Positions 41,164 through 51,281 of a stretch of DNA of 64,000 nt are shown here, piece after piece. The stretch comes from Clostridiales bacterium (lineage in GTDB: Bacteria; Bacillota; Clostridia; Saccharofermentanales; Saccharofermentanaceae). The notes below the pieces were generated by a model. The model was given only the letters and a program-made list of their open reading frames with translations, did no database searches and was not told where the DNA came from. Location of the stretch: positions 96,001-160,000 of the forward strand of contig JAFWDK010000019.1 of NCBI GenBank assembly GCA_017513085.1, given 5' to 3'. A program made the translations under genes and the position numbers. Each line of letters begins with the position of its first letter. Within the stretch, counting starts at the first letter, position 1.

Positions 41164-42382
41164 TCTGCGCAAAAAAGAACCGATATTTGTCGGTCAAGGG
41201 TTTGGCGTCGACTTCCTGATGTCACTAATGTTTTTCTTCGGCATCTCTTCCTTGGGCATCTTCCTATTATGCTATGTGCATGTTATCCGTGTCCCCTACG
41301 AGGCCCAGTTCAGTGCGCTCATCGTAGTACTGGCTTATGTTTTCATCAGACGGCTTCGCATTGGTCTTGGGGCCATGCTTTTGCTTCACATCTTTGCCAC
41401 GTGCTTTTTCCTTGCGGCCTTCTATTTCGTTTCCGGGCAAACCGATGCCGCGCGCGGTATAGTGATCTATCTGGCCTGTCTTTTGGTTCTTAATATCATA
41501 TACTCGTTCAAGCAGCGTTTAAGCCGCTCTCAAACACGAGTAACGAATGATGGTTTACTGTTTGCTTTGATCATGCATGTGGCACTCTTTGCCGTATTTG
41601 TCGCCACAGGCTATCATTTCCGTCTGAATATGATCACGATGAATGCCGTCATTATGGTGACTTGTTTCTTTGTCGCCAGACAGTTCGATACTTTTGAAGA
41701 TCAGTATTACCACAACATTCATTCCGCCACGCAGCCGGTTCAATCCATAAAAAAGCAAAACCGCCTGCTCGTCATCCTGGTCGTTGCCGGCATCGCCTTT
41801 GCTGTGATCATGTTAAAGGTATTCCCGATCGACGAACTCTCCCGCCAGTTGTCGCGCATTCTCATCGCCATTTTCAGTTGGATAGCTAAGTTTCTGCCTT
41901 CAGGAGGAGAAGAAGGCCCGGCAGCATCCATAGGTATGCCGGACGAGCCTCCGGAGCCGGAAGACACAGAAGGTATGGAGAATTCTCTTCTGGTCAACAT
42001 ACTGGCCGCCATATCCATTATCATTGTAGCGACCTTACTCTTCATCTTCATCGTAACCATGATCAGGGAGATCATTAAGCGATTCAAGAAGATAGATGCC
42101 GTCGAGACGACTGTCGAAAACGACGCGGTTGTTGATATCATTGAGCACATAGATTCTAAGAACAAAAATAAGATTTCCACGCGTCATGACTTTGGTCAAG
42201 GATACGAGAGAGAGATACGAAAGAAGTATTATAAGAGGGTCACTGCTGCCATAAAAGCCGGTCTTCCTATCAAAGCTTCTTCATCGCCACGTCAGATCGA
42301 GCGGATCATAAAAAAATCGGGAGATCCTTCCATTACTGAATTGACCTCCCAATATGAATCTGTCCGATACAACAAGAAATAA
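41156..42382 (+). CDS. Polytopic membrane protein, DUF4129-like C-terminus
   Basis: About 8 hydrophobic helices; IRKKYY...LTSQYESVRY tail. Confidence 0.65.
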   Translation: MTDLRKKEPIFVGQGFGVDFLMSLMFFFGISSLGIFLLCYVHVIRVPYEAQFSALIVVLAYVFIRRLRIGLGAMLLLHIFATCFFLAAFYFVSGQTDAARGIVIYLACLLVLNIIYSFKQRLSRSQTRVTNDGLLFALIMHVALFAVFVATGYHFRLNMITMNAVIMVTCFFVARQFDTFEDQYYHNIHSATQPVQSIKKQNRLLVILVVAGIAFAVIMLKVFPIDELSRQLSRILIAIFSWIAKFLPSGGEEGPAASIGMPDEPPEPEDTEGMENSLLVNILAAISIIIVATLLFIFIVTMIREIIKRFKKIDAVETTVENDAVVDIIEHIDSKNKNKISTRHDFGQGYEREIRKKYYKRVTAAIKAGLPIKASSSPRQIERIIKKSGDPSITELTSQYESVRYNKK

Positions 42383-42395
42383 GACGATCGTTATC

Positions 42396-43361
42396 TTAGA
42401 TCTTCAACATATCATCGATCATGGCCAGAGCACCATATAGGATCGAATCATCTCCAAGCGCGGCATTCTTGATCTCAACAGTATCGCGGATAGACGGCAT
42501 GCTGTAAAGATCCACTTCTTTCAAGATCTTCGGCAGGAAAACATTTCCCATTGCTTCGATTACGCCTCCGCCTAAAATGACGACCTCCGGACTGAAAGTA
42601 TTGATCAGGTTACCTATACCGATCGCCAGATAATGACATGCACGATCGATTGCCTCGACGGCTACCTCATCGCCCTCCTCATAAGCTGCTTTTAACGCCT
42701 TGCTCTTCAAGATACCCTTATCGATCGCTTTCTCCAAGGAAGTCTTTCTTCCTCGTGCTATCTGTGTCTTAGCATAATCGATAATGCCCTGCTTACTGGA
42801 AAAAGCTTCCAGGCATCCCCGCTGACCGCAGTTACACTTCGGGCCTTCCGGATTCAAGATCATATGTCCGCACTCAGCACCCTTGTCATTGAATCCGGTA
42901 TAAAGCTTTCCGTCCAGGATCAATCCGGATCCCATTCCGGTTCCGACAAAAAGACCGACTACCTGTTTCTTCCCCATAGCCGCGCCGTATTTCCATTCAC
43001 CGTATACACCGACATTTACATCGTTACCGATAAAAAACGGTACATGGAACTCATCTTCGATTGCTTTTTTGATAGCATAATTCTTCCAAGGAAGATTAGG
43101 AGAAAAAAGCACGATACCCTTCTCGATATTAATGACTCCCGGTGCTCCGGCCGCGATGGCATACACATCGGAGATCTTGATCTTGAAATCGGAAAGCAAT
43201 TCTTTAACAAGTTTAATGATCGTATTCTCGATATTTGCGGAATCATCTCCGCCGGATTTGGTCTTCTTCTTAACTCGATGAACCAGCTTCCTATGCGAAT
43301 CGAAAATTGCGCCAAGAACTTTGGTACCGCCGATATCCAGGCAAATAAAATACTTCTCCAT
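42396..43361 (-). CDS. ROK family sugar kinase
   Basis: DIGGTK, GNDVN, GTGMG, ECGH, CNCGQRGCLE. Confidence 0.92.
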   Translation of the reverse strand: MEKYFICLDIGGTKVLGAIFDSHRKLVHRVKKKTKSGGDDSANIENTIIKLVKELLSDFKIKISDVYAIAAGAPGVINIEKGIVLFSPNLPWKNYAIKKAIEDEFHVPFFIGNDVNVGVYGEWKYGAAMGKKQVVGLFVGTGMGSGLILDGKLYTGFNDKGAECGHMILNPEGPKCNCGQRGCLEAFSSKQGIIDYAKTQIARGRKTSLEKAIDKGILKSKALKAAYEEGDEVAVEAIDRACHYLAIGIGNLINTFSPEVVILGGGVIEAMGNVFLPKILKEVDLYSMPSIRDTVEIKNAALGDDSILYGALAMIDDMLKI

Positions 43362-43362
43362 A

Positions 43363-43728
43363 TTACTGCTCCTTTCGCTTGATCAACTCATCGACCAGGT
43401 CATACAACCGCTGCACTCCATTTTCCAGATTGAAATAATGGAAGATGTACGGCACAAGAAGGACCAGGATCAGTCCTTCCAGAATCAGGATATATAACGA
43501 TTGTACCACGACAAAAACACCAAACACAATCAGTGCAGCCAGCGCAAAAAGCACTGTCACGATGAGATGGATCAATCGCTCATGCTGGAAGTAGAGAAGC
43601 CATCTTTCCGTATAAGAAAGCAGGCCGATAAGATCCTGCCTGGCATTCTCTTTTCCGCCTGCTTGCGCATCATAATCCGAAAGAAACTTCTCTACACGTA
43701 AGATCAGTTGTTTCAGTTTTTTCGCCAT
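43363..43728 (-). CDS. Small two-TM hypothetical protein
   Basis: FQHERLIHLIVT...HYFNLENGVQRLY; tight spacing to clpX and ROK gene. Confidence 0.75.
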   Translation of the reverse strand: MAKKLKQLILRVEKFLSDYDAQAGGKENARQDLIGLLSYTERWLLYFQHERLIHLIVTVLFALAALIVFGVFVVVQSLYILILEGLILVLLVPYIFHYFNLENGVQRLYDLVDELIKRKEQ

Positions 43729-43748
43729 AAGTCACCCTGCCTTATGAA

Positions 43749-45059
43749 TCATGCACCCTTCTCTTCCGACTTGTCACGGGCGCGCTGTTTCTTCGGTTTG
43801 GAACCCTTGATCAACTCCGGTTTCTTATTCTCCGTAACACATTCCTTGGTTACGATACACTTGACCGCATCCTGTTGGGACGGAACATCGTACATGATAT
43901 CCATCATCAAGTCTTCCAGGATCGCGCGAAGACCTCTCGCGCCGGTCTTTCTCTCAATTGCTTTCTTAGCGATCTCCACCACAGCATCGTCTTCAAATTC
44001 AAGTTCGACGCCATCCATCTTCAGCATCTTCCAATACTGCTTAAGGAGAGCATTCTTCGGTTCACGGAGGATACGGATCAGCGCCTCCTCATTCAAACCG
44101 TCAAGCGTAACATTGATCGGCACACGTCCGATAAACTCCGGAATCAGGCCAAACTTCATCAAGTCCTGCGGCACAAGTTCCGAGAGCCATTCCCCGGCCT
44201 GTTTTTCCGCATTGGAAACGATCTCCGCACCAAAGCCGAAGTTCTTCTTACCTACACGCTGCTCGATGATCTTTTCCAATCCGTCAAAAGCACCGCCGCA
44301 GATAAACAGGATGTTTGTTGTATCGATCTGGATAAACTCCTGATGCGGATGCTTTCTACCACCTTGCGGAGGCACATTCGCAACCGTACTCTCCAGGATC
44401 TTCAGCAATGCCTGCTGAACGCCTTCACCACTAACATCTCTCGTAATCGAAGGATTCTCGGACTTCTTTGTGATCTTATCGATCTCATCGATATAGATGA
44501 TGCCACGCTGCGCAGCTTCCACGTCGTACTCGGCAGCCTGAAGAAGCTTCAAAAGAATATTCTCTACGTCCTCACCGACATAACCGGCCTCAGTCAAAGT
44601 CGTCGCATCCGCAATGGCAAAAGGAACATTCAGCGCTCTGGCCAACGTCTGCGCCAAAAGCGTCTTACCACAACCCGTAGGTCCGATCAGGAGAATATTA
44701 CTCTTTGTAAGCTCGATATCATCCGAAGCGTTAAACTTTGAGAAGACACGCTTATAGTGGTTATATACAGCCACTGACAACGCCTTCTTCGCCTGCTCCT
44801 GTCCGATAACATACTCGTCCAGAGCAGCCTTCAACTCCGCCGGTGTCGGCAGATGGTCTTTCTTCGTACCTTTATTGTACTTGGTATTCTTAAACCCGAC
44901 TTCATCCTCTGCCAGAATGGACTCACAGATCATCACGCATTCATTACAGATATAGATGCCCGGCGGCCCCGCCAGCATACGTGAAACTTCCTGCTCACTT
45001 TTTCCACAGAAAGAGCAATGAATAATGCCATCAAAATCCAGAATGTCGTCTTTACCCAT
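43749..45059 (-). CDS. clpX: ATP-dependent Clp protease ATP-binding subunit
   Basis: CSFCGK zinc finger, [28 protein letters not shown] loop. Confidence 0.97.
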   Translation of the reverse strand: MGKDDILDFDGIIHCSFCGKSEQEVSRMLAGPPGIYICNECVMICESILAEDEVGFKNTKYNKGTKKDHLPTPAELKAALDEYVIGQEQAKKALSVAVYNHYKRVFSKFNASDDIELTKSNILLIGPTGCGKTLLAQTLARALNVPFAIADATTLTEAGYVGEDVENILLKLLQAAEYDVEAAQRGIIYIDEIDKITKKSENPSITRDVSGEGVQQALLKILESTVANVPPQGGRKHPHQEFIQIDTTNILFICGGAFDGLEKIIEQRVGKKNFGFGAEIVSNAEKQAGEWLSELVPQDLMKFGLIPEFIGRVPINVTLDGLNEEALIRILREPKNALLKQYWKMLKMDGVELEFEDDAVVEIAKKAIERKTGARGLRAILEDLMMDIMYDVPSQQDAVKCIVTKECVTENKKPELIKGSKPKKQRARDKSEEKGA

Positions 45060-45204
45060 ATTTACTCCTTAAAAAGCACGCGAAGGATAAACCTGCCCGC
45101 GCCTGTTCTCTTATATCATGTTACCCGAAGTATTCATCCGTTTCAATGTTAGAATCATCAAATTATATTACGAATCCTTTTCAATTTACCGCCTACGAAA
45201 AGAC

Positions 45205-45252
45205 AAAAGAAAACTGCCCCTTCATGATGTTCGCTCATATCAGGGGCAGTCT
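45205..45252 (-). terminator. Terminator after tig
   Basis: ACTGCCCC / GGGGCAGT stem followed by TTTCTTTT. Confidence 0.7.
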
Positions 45253-45274
45253 TGTTTCATTTTGCTAAAAGAGC

Positions 45275-46609
45275 TTACTCTTCGGTCTTCTCGTCAGCCT
45301 TTTCTTCGGCCTTCGGCTCTTCCTTAGGTTCTACCTTAACAGCCTTGGCAGCCAGAGCATCTACTGTCTTTCTGCCAACGATGCTCTCACGCAGGAAGGA
45401 ATCATTATCCTTGATACGCTCCAGCAGATCCTCTTTCTTCATACCATACTGTTCAGCAAGCTTTCCGGCTTCCTCATCAATATCCTCATCAGTAGCTTCG
45501 ATGTTCATAGCCTTTGCACAAGCCTCAAGAACGAGAGAGCTCTTCACACGTGTTTCAGCCATTGTCTTCAAGCCTGTACGATACTCATCCATGGACTGAC
45601 CCATGTACTTGAGGTATGTCTCCAGCTCGATGCCCTGTGCACGCATACGATAAGATTGCTCGTCGATCATGTTGCTGATCTCTGTCTCAACCATGCACTC
45701 CGGAATATCAACCTTGGCATTCTCACAAACAGCCTTGACCACTTCATTCTCGAAGCTGTCCTTAGCCACTTTCTCAGCCTGCTCAGTCTGAGACTTCAGA
45801 ATATCAGCCTTGTATTCCTCGATCGTATCAAACTCACTGACATCCTTTGCAAACTCATCATCAAGCTCAGGAAGTTCCTTAACCTTGATGTCATGAAGTT
45901 TGATCTGGAATGTAGCTTCCTTACCCTTGAGCTCCTCAGCGTGATACTCTTCCGGGAAAGTAACGGTGATCGGGAATTCCTCGTCGATGTTGTGACCGAT
46001 CAGCTGCTCTTCAAAACCAGGGATAAAGGACTTGGAACCGATCTTCAGATCATGGCCCTCAGCCTTACCGCCTTCAAAAGCAACGCCGTCTACGAAACCT
46101 TCATAGTCGATCGTAACGGTATCGCCATCTTCAACCGCACGTCCCTCAACCGGAACCATACGACCGCTTCTGTCCTGTACACGCTTGAGTTCTGCTTCAA
46201 CAGTCTCATCTGTCGGAGCGATGTAACGGTATTCCGCCTCGACGCCCTCGTACTGACCAAGCTCAACTTCCGGCTTAACCGTAACAGAGATCGTGTACTT
46301 CATGCCCTTATCTTCGCCGATCTCCTGAATGTCGAGTTCCGGACGGGAAACCACTTTCAGGTCAAATTCCTTGATTGCTTCGGCATACTGGGGATTGACA
46401 CAAAAATCGATTGCATCATCATAGAAGACTCCCTCACCGTAGTATTGCTTAACGAGCTTATAAGGAGCCTTACCCTTACGGAAGCCCGGAATCTGGAAAC
46501 GATTCTTGTTCTTGTTGTAAGACTTCATCATAGCGGCCTTAAAGTCCTCTGCAGAAGCCTCCAGGGAAATCACAACGATATTGTTGTCTTTCTTCTCGAT
46601 CGATGCCAT
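45275..46609 (-). CDS. tig: Trigger factor
   Basis: IPGFRKGKAP signature, FKBP domain FIPGFEEQLIG; GGAGG RBS before ATG 46609. Confidence 0.97.
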   Translation of the reverse strand: MASIEKKDNNIVVISLEASAEDFKAAMMKSYNKNKNRFQIPGFRKGKAPYKLVKQYYGEGVFYDDAIDFCVNPQYAEAIKEFDLKVVSRPELDIQEIGEDKGMKYTISVTVKPEVELGQYEGVEAEYRYIAPTDETVEAELKRVQDRSGRMVPVEGRAVEDGDTVTIDYEGFVDGVAFEGGKAEGHDLKIGSKSFIPGFEEQLIGHNIDEEFPITVTFPEEYHAEELKGKEATFQIKLHDIKVKELPELDDEFAKDVSEFDTIEEYKADILKSQTEQAEKVAKDSFENEVVKAVCENAKVDIPECMVETEISNMIDEQSYRMRAQGIELETYLKYMGQSMDEYRTGLKTMAETRVKSSLVLEACAKAMNIEATDEDIDEEAGKLAEQYGMKKEDLLERIKDNDSFLRESIVGRKTVDALAAKAVKVEPKEEPKAEEKADEKTEE

Positions 46610-46713
46610 ATGTATATCCTCCATAAAATGAATGCTAATTACACGGACAATAAGTTTATCACAGTCTTTATCGCATTTCAATCTTAATTTCCTTACTCTT
46701 ATTAAAAAAGCAA

Positions 46714-46741
46714 GAAAAAAGAGACTGCTTAGCAGTCTCTT
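46714..46741 (-). terminator. Terminator after tRNA-Arg
   Basis: AAGAGACTGC-TAA-GCAGTCTCTT followed by TTTT. Confidence 0.75.
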
Positions 46742-46745
46742 CAAT

Positions 46746-46822
46746 TGGCGCGCCCGGCAGAGATCGAATCCACAACCTTCTGATCCGTAGTCAGACACTC
46801 TATCCAGTTGAGCTACGGGCGC
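46746..46822 (-). tRNA. tRNA-Arg(ACG)
   Basis: GCGCCCG TAGCTCAACTGGATAGAG, TCTGA-CT ACG GA-TCAGA, TTCGA T-loop, CGGGCGC-G-CCA. Confidence 0.95.
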
Positions 46823-46847
46823 ATATATGCCGTTTCACAGCATGAGT

Positions 46848-46876
46848 ATTTTAGCCCTCAGAAATATAAATGTCAA
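46848..46876 (-). promoter_or_regulatory. Sigma-A promoter of tRNA-Arg
   Basis: TTGACA-17 nt-TAAAAT. Confidence 0.75.
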
Positions 46877-46934
46877 TGGTCTTTTTCGAAAATCTTTGCA
46901 AGGCCTTCTCACACCCGGGTTTCTACCGAAAAAA

Positions 46935-47855
46935 TCAAGCTTTTTCAAGTGCTTTTTCCTCATAAAGAGGAATCTCGATCTCGATCTTAAACAACCCGTC
47001 GTCCACGGACGCACGGATATTGCCATGCAGACGTTCCACCAATCCTTTGGCTATCGCAAGACCCAGTCCTGTCGATGTGGATGTTCTGGCCTTGTCACCT
47101 TTATAGAAACGCTCGAAGATCTTATCGACATCGATGATCTCTGTCTCTTTTTTATCGTTATAGCAGCAGAAATACAACTTTCTGTCTCTTTTTTCAAGTT
47201 TCAATCCAAGCCGGTTCTTACCATGTTCCAGCGCATTTTTGACGATGTTCTGGACTACACGGCGAAGCGCAACTTCATTTCCCAGGATCGGCAGGTCTTC
47301 CTCACAGAAAGACACTTCCGGCTCCAGGCCTCTCGTTTCGAAATCCTCGTAGAATGCCAGGACCGTCCCGCACACACACTGTCTGCCATCCATCTTCACG
47401 CAAGAAAGCTCATAATTCTGATCCTGCATCTTAGTATAAGTAAAAAGCTCTTCCAGAAGTTCTTTGAGACTGGAAATGCGTTCCTGTATGATCTTCATGT
47501 AATGCTCTTTTTCTTCGGCAGAATCAGACATTACAAGAAGCTGTACATAGCCGTCCAGAGAAGTCAGCGGAGTACGGATATCGTGAGAAAGATTGGCGAT
47601 CGCTTCCTTGAGATTATTCTCATTTCGTTCAATGAGGATACTCTCATCCTGATATCGGTTACAGATATCGTTCACACGCATGACCAGCTCATTTACTTCT
47701 TTATAAGGTACCTCGGAAGTAAGCCTCTGATTAGAAGAATGCTTCTGCATGACCTCAAGCTGATGACAGTTCTTCTTGATCTGTCTTCGGTATTGGACAA
47801 AAGCAATAAGTATTGCTCCCAACAAAACTGAAACGATGATCACTGCCCAGATCAT
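46935..47855 (-). CDS. Sensor histidine kinase without extracellular domain
   Basis: Single N-terminal TM; SHDIRTPLT H-box, NIVKNA, IFERFY, GLGLAI. Confidence 0.93.
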   Translation of the reverse strand: MIWAVIIVSVLLGAILIAFVQYRRQIKKNCHQLEVMQKHSSNQRLTSEVPYKEVNELVMRVNDICNRYQDESILIERNENNLKEAIANLSHDIRTPLTSLDGYVQLLVMSDSAEEKEHYMKIIQERISSLKELLEELFTYTKMQDQNYELSCVKMDGRQCVCGTVLAFYEDFETRGLEPEVSFCEEDLPILGNEVALRRVVQNIVKNALEHGKNRLGLKLEKRDRKLYFCCYNDKKETEIIDVDKIFERFYKGDKARTSTSTGLGLAIAKGLVERLHGNIRASVDDGLFKIEIEIPLYEEKALEKA

Positions 47856-48664
47856 TTCTTTTCACCCCATTTCAGGTCTCTATTCGATATCACGATCGAT
47901 GTGATCACAATCACAAAAACACTGACGATCAAACAAAAAAGTATAAAACCAAATGCGTCTGTTCTGTTTCGGATCGTCTGCAATTCTCCTAAATATCTCT
48001 TAAAATCCAGCAAGCTGACAATGGCATGTAAAAATGCAATCGGCTGCGTTACGGTATCTATAATTCCGATCGCGTTAGTCAGCACGACAAGAATAACAGG
48101 AAGAAGAACAGATTGCGAAATCAGATAGATTGAATACATAAGCGTGATCAGCATTGCAATAAAACAGATGTATATCGCAAAGAAGATAATAAACTCCTGC
48201 ATCGGCGGGCACACTACACTTCGCTGAGCCACAACTATATGGATCAGAAGAATGAGAATACTTGCGCCGGCAAAAATACAAGAACTGATAAACAATGTGA
48301 TCAGATTGCTCAAATAAACGCGAACCCTTGTGCGCGAAACCGCGCAGATCCTTTCGAAACCCAACCCTTTCTTTTCCCGACGAAAGTATATTAAGCAGTA
48401 TGCCAAAAAGACAGATACACTTTGAAGTGAAACCAGCTTACGACGAATCTGGTCAAGAAGGTTTACCTCTCTCTCAGAAAACGGAGAATAGAAATCTTGT
48501 ACAGCTCTTCCCAAAGCCTCAAAGCGTCCGGTATAAACAAAGTTCTGATAATATCCCCTTGGCATATTGATCCAAAGCACAAAAAGACTATAGAGAATAA
48601 GAATACTCCACATCGTCCGATCCCGCAGCATTTTATAATTGTTCATCTTCATCAGCTGATACAT
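47852..48664 (-). CDS. ABC-2 type permease (divergent)
   Basis: About 6 TM helices; ends NRDLK; coupled to HK by ATGA overlap. Confidence 0.75.
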   Translation of the reverse strand: MYQLMKMNNYKMLRDRTMWSILILYSLFVLWINMPRGYYQNFVYTGRFEALGRAVQDFYSPFSEREVNLLDQIRRKLVSLQSVSVFLAYCLIYFRREKKGLGFERICAVSRTRVRVYLSNLITLFISSCIFAGASILILLIHIVVAQRSVVCPPMQEFIIFFAIYICFIAMLITLMYSIYLISQSVLLPVILVVLTNAIGIIDTVTQPIAFLHAIVSLLDFKRYLGELQTIRNRTDAFGFILFCLIVSVFVIVITSIVISNRDLKWGEKK

Positions 48665-48673
48665 TCCGACCTC

Positions 48674-49438
48674 CTACGCCACATCCCGACGATGGCGTAC
48701 CGCTACCGTTACACCCGAGAAAAATATCGTCACCACTACAAGTAACGGAACAATAACATGGAAATTGGTATAGTTCATTACCAGCTCTCTCGAATCAGTT
48801 GCTTGCATTCCCTCCCAAATAAAGTACGTCATATGACTGACTATCGGTAATGATGATTGAGATATACCAAGCAAGCAGCACAGATCCACCTCCACACTTA
48901 ACAGGAAGACCTCGAATAAACCCGTACAAGCACCAAAGCCAAAGAGTGCACCTCCAAGACGGCTATGTGTAGCTTCGGTAAAAAAACAAGTAAAAGCTGT
49001 CCGGGCAAAAGAGATCAGACTAAAAGCCAAAAACAATTTTGCCAGGTCGGAAGGACTGCTTTTTTCAACATTTGCCATGGGTAGCGCCATAAGAAGAAGA
49101 CAGAAAGCCACTATCAGAACGTTAAGGAAAGCATTTGCGATCAGAGCACTGATTATTCCGGTGCAAGAGGTTTTCCAGTCATTGACCTGAAAAGGGACCT
49201 CCTTATCAAATCCGGAAGACGGAAACATCCCATACCAACTGGCAGCGGCCAGCGGAAGGATGGTTAAATATCCGAACAAAATGTAATAGGGCAAGTAACC
49301 GGTATTCACAACTTCAAAAGAACCGGAGAAAACAGTTAACGTGCAGAAACCAACCCACAAAAGAATAATCACAGCAAAAAAGCGAAAACTTTTGCTCCGA
49401 ATTGCCGAAAAAATCTTCGCGCGGATCAATGCGATCAT
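48674..49438 (-). CDS. ABC-2 type permease (divergent)
   Basis: About 6 TM helices; ends RRDVA; overlaps ATPase stop. Confidence 0.75.
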   Translation of the reverse strand: MIALIRAKIFSAIRSKSFRFFAVIILLWVGFCTLTVFSGSFEVVNTGYLPYYILFGYLTILPLAAASWYGMFPSSGFDKEVPFQVNDWKTSCTGIISALIANAFLNVLIVAFCLLLMALPMANVEKSSPSDLAKLFLAFSLISFARTAFTCFFTEATHSRLGGALFGFGACTGLFEVFLLSVEVDLCCLLGISQSSLPIVSHMTYFIWEGMQATDSRELVMNYTNFHVIVPLLVVVTIFFSGVTVAVRHRRDVA

Positions 49439-50346
49439 GTTTTCGCGCCTCCGGTGATGGAAAGGAAATAATCCTCCAAAGCCTCGTTCTTAACCGCTAT
49501 ACTTAAAGTCTTGATATTGTTCTTAGCAAGCTCCAGCACGATTTCGCCGCTCTCGGTCAATCGTTCGAATACTTGAATAATACTTTGATCCACAACCTTG
49601 TATTCCGTAATGCCCATTTGTTCCAAAACCGTGCATGCCTTGGTAGGGTCACTCGGACGTATCTCAATACGTTCACTGCATCGCTTCAGCAATTCCTGAT
49701 GCGTGAATTCGTCGATCAGCTGACCATTATGAATAATTCCATAACGTGTCGCTATCTTAGAAAGCTCTTCCAAAATATGACTGGAAATAAGGATCGTGAT
49801 ATTTCTTTCCTTAGATAATCTTCCGATCAGTTCACGGATCTCCACAATACCCTGCGGGTCAAGACCATTGATCGGTTCATCCAGCAGCAGGATATCCGGT
49901 CTGCCGACCAGAGATAATGCGATACCCAGTCTCTGCCGCATACCCATTGAGAGTTTCTTGACCTTCACATTTTCCTTGCCGGACAGTCCGACATCATTAA
50001 GCAACTCATGAAGATACCCGTCATCATTCATACCAAGGGAAAGTGCCTGGATCTTCATATTACTGAACGTAGTCATGGAATTAAAAAGCCCCGGGCTTTC
50101 AATTAATACCCCGACACGGTCGCGAAGCTTCACCGTATTGGAAGCAGGTTCACCAAAAATCGTAAACTGGCCGGCCGTAGGCTTGGATAGTCCGGCCAAC
50201 ATTTTAAAGAAAGTCGTTTTACCGGCACCGTTTCTTCCGATCAAGCCATAGATCTCGCCTCGCTGAACATGGATCGATACATGATCGACAGCATTGATAT
50301 TGCCGTATTTTTTCGTCAGATTATCGGTTTCAAGAATATACTCCAC
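49435..50346 (-). CDS. BcrA-like ABC ATPase (third in transcription order)
   Basis: GRNGAGKTT, LSMGMRQRL, DEPINGLDPQG, ISSHIL. Confidence 0.93.
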   Translation of the reverse strand: MEYILETDNLTKKYGNINAVDHVSIHVQRGEIYGLIGRNGAGKTTFFKMLAGLSKPTAGQFTIFGEPASNTVKLRDRVGVLIESPGLFNSMTTFSNMKIQALSLGMNDDGYLHELLNDVGLSGKENVKVKKLSMGMRQRLGIALSLVGRPDILLLDEPINGLDPQGIVEIRELIGRLSKERNITILISSHILEELSKIATRYGIIHNGQLIDEFTHQELLKRCSERIEIRPSDPTKACTVLEQMGITEYKVVDQSIIQVFERLTESGEIVLELAKNNIKTLSIAVKNEALEDYFLSITGGAKT

Positions 50347-50371
50347 GGTTTTTCCCCCTTCATCTCATCTC

Positions 50372-50400
50372 ATTATATTTATGGTGAACTCAATCGTCAA
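50372..50400 (-). promoter_or_regulatory. Near-consensus sigma-A promoter for ATPase-permease-permease-HK unit
   Basis: TTGACG-17 nt-TATAAT. Confidence 0.75.
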
Positions 50401-50409
50401 TTCAAAACG

Positions 50410-50446
50410 AAAATAGAACACATCCGGGGAGTGGACATGTTCTATT
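50410..50446 (-). terminator. Terminator after second ABC module
   Basis: AATAGAACA...TGTTCTATT stem followed by TT. Confidence 0.65.
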
Positions 50447-50489
50447 CTCTGTTAGAGGGTATTATGCTTAGAAAGATCCTGCAAATTTA

Positions 50490-51281
50490 TTATCGTACAT
50501 CTCTCTTCTGCTGAATGAACATTGACAGTCCAAGAGCAACTACGATGTACACAGCTGCGGTGACAACTACACGAATGAGTGTACCGTTGGAAGCTTCATT
50601 CGAAACGGCACTAAATGCACCTTCAAGGAAGAAATCGGAAGGAAGAAGCTTCGGATTGTTGAAGAGTTTGTTGGCACCCAGATCAAGCAATTTGGAGATC
50701 AGGCTCAGAACTCCTGTTGTGATGAGCAAGGAAGGAACCAGGCCTCCGGCAGAGCTTCTGAACACTGTTGTAAAGAAGAAGAACACTGCGGAGAATGCTG
50801 CATAGAAGAGGTAGACGATCAGCATGATCTTACCATAAGCAAGCATATCGCCAAGAACGAAACTGTTCATAAATACTACGGAAAGCAATGTGAAAGTGCC
50901 GTAAGAGACAGCCATAATTGCCGTTACACCGATCATTGCGGACAACCATCTGCAAAGTGTCTGCTTCCACTTATTCTTGGTAATACCGATAATGTTCTTA
51001 TCGAAACCACACTTCTGTTCCGCATTTGTAAAGATAACGACAAAGATTGCAAGAATGATCAGAAGGTCTGTTCCACGCAGGAAGCCGGTGATGGTCTTCA
51101 TCATGTCCATGCCGCCTTCCATCTGGATAATTTCACCCAATCCCCAATTAAATGGATCATCTACATAGATCTTCATGATTCCAAAATCCAGGATTGCAAT
51201 TGCTACGGCTACGATAGCCAAAACCCAGGTAGATACCGCTTTTCTCATGCGGAACAGATTCATTTTAATTAGATTACGCAT
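50490..51281 (-). CDS. ABC-2 type permease
   Basis: MRNLIKMNLFR, GFDKNI, ends KRDVR; about 6 TM. Confidence 0.85.
   Translation of the reverse strand: MRNLIKMNLFRMRKAVSTWVLAIVAVAIAILDFGIMKIYVDDPFNWGLGEIIQMEGGMDMMKTITGFLRGTDLLIILAIFVVIFTNAEQKCGFDKNIIGITKNKWKQTLCRWLSAMIGVTAIMAVSYGTFTLLSVVFMNSFVLGDMLAYGKIMLIVYLFYAAFSAVFFFFTTVFRSSAGGLVPSLLITTGVLSLISKLLDLGANKLFNNPKLLPSDFFLEGAFSAVSNEASNGTLIRVVVTAAVYIVVALGLSMFIQQKRDVR

Noticed and set aside
46610-46798. N-terminal extension of the tig ORF
   Set aside because: Runs through tRNA-Arg and its terminator; RBS supports 46609.
46746-46822. tRNA-Arg as a pseudogene because of two G-U pairs in the T-stem
   Set aside because: Other arms and CCA are intact, and it has a consensus promoter and terminator.
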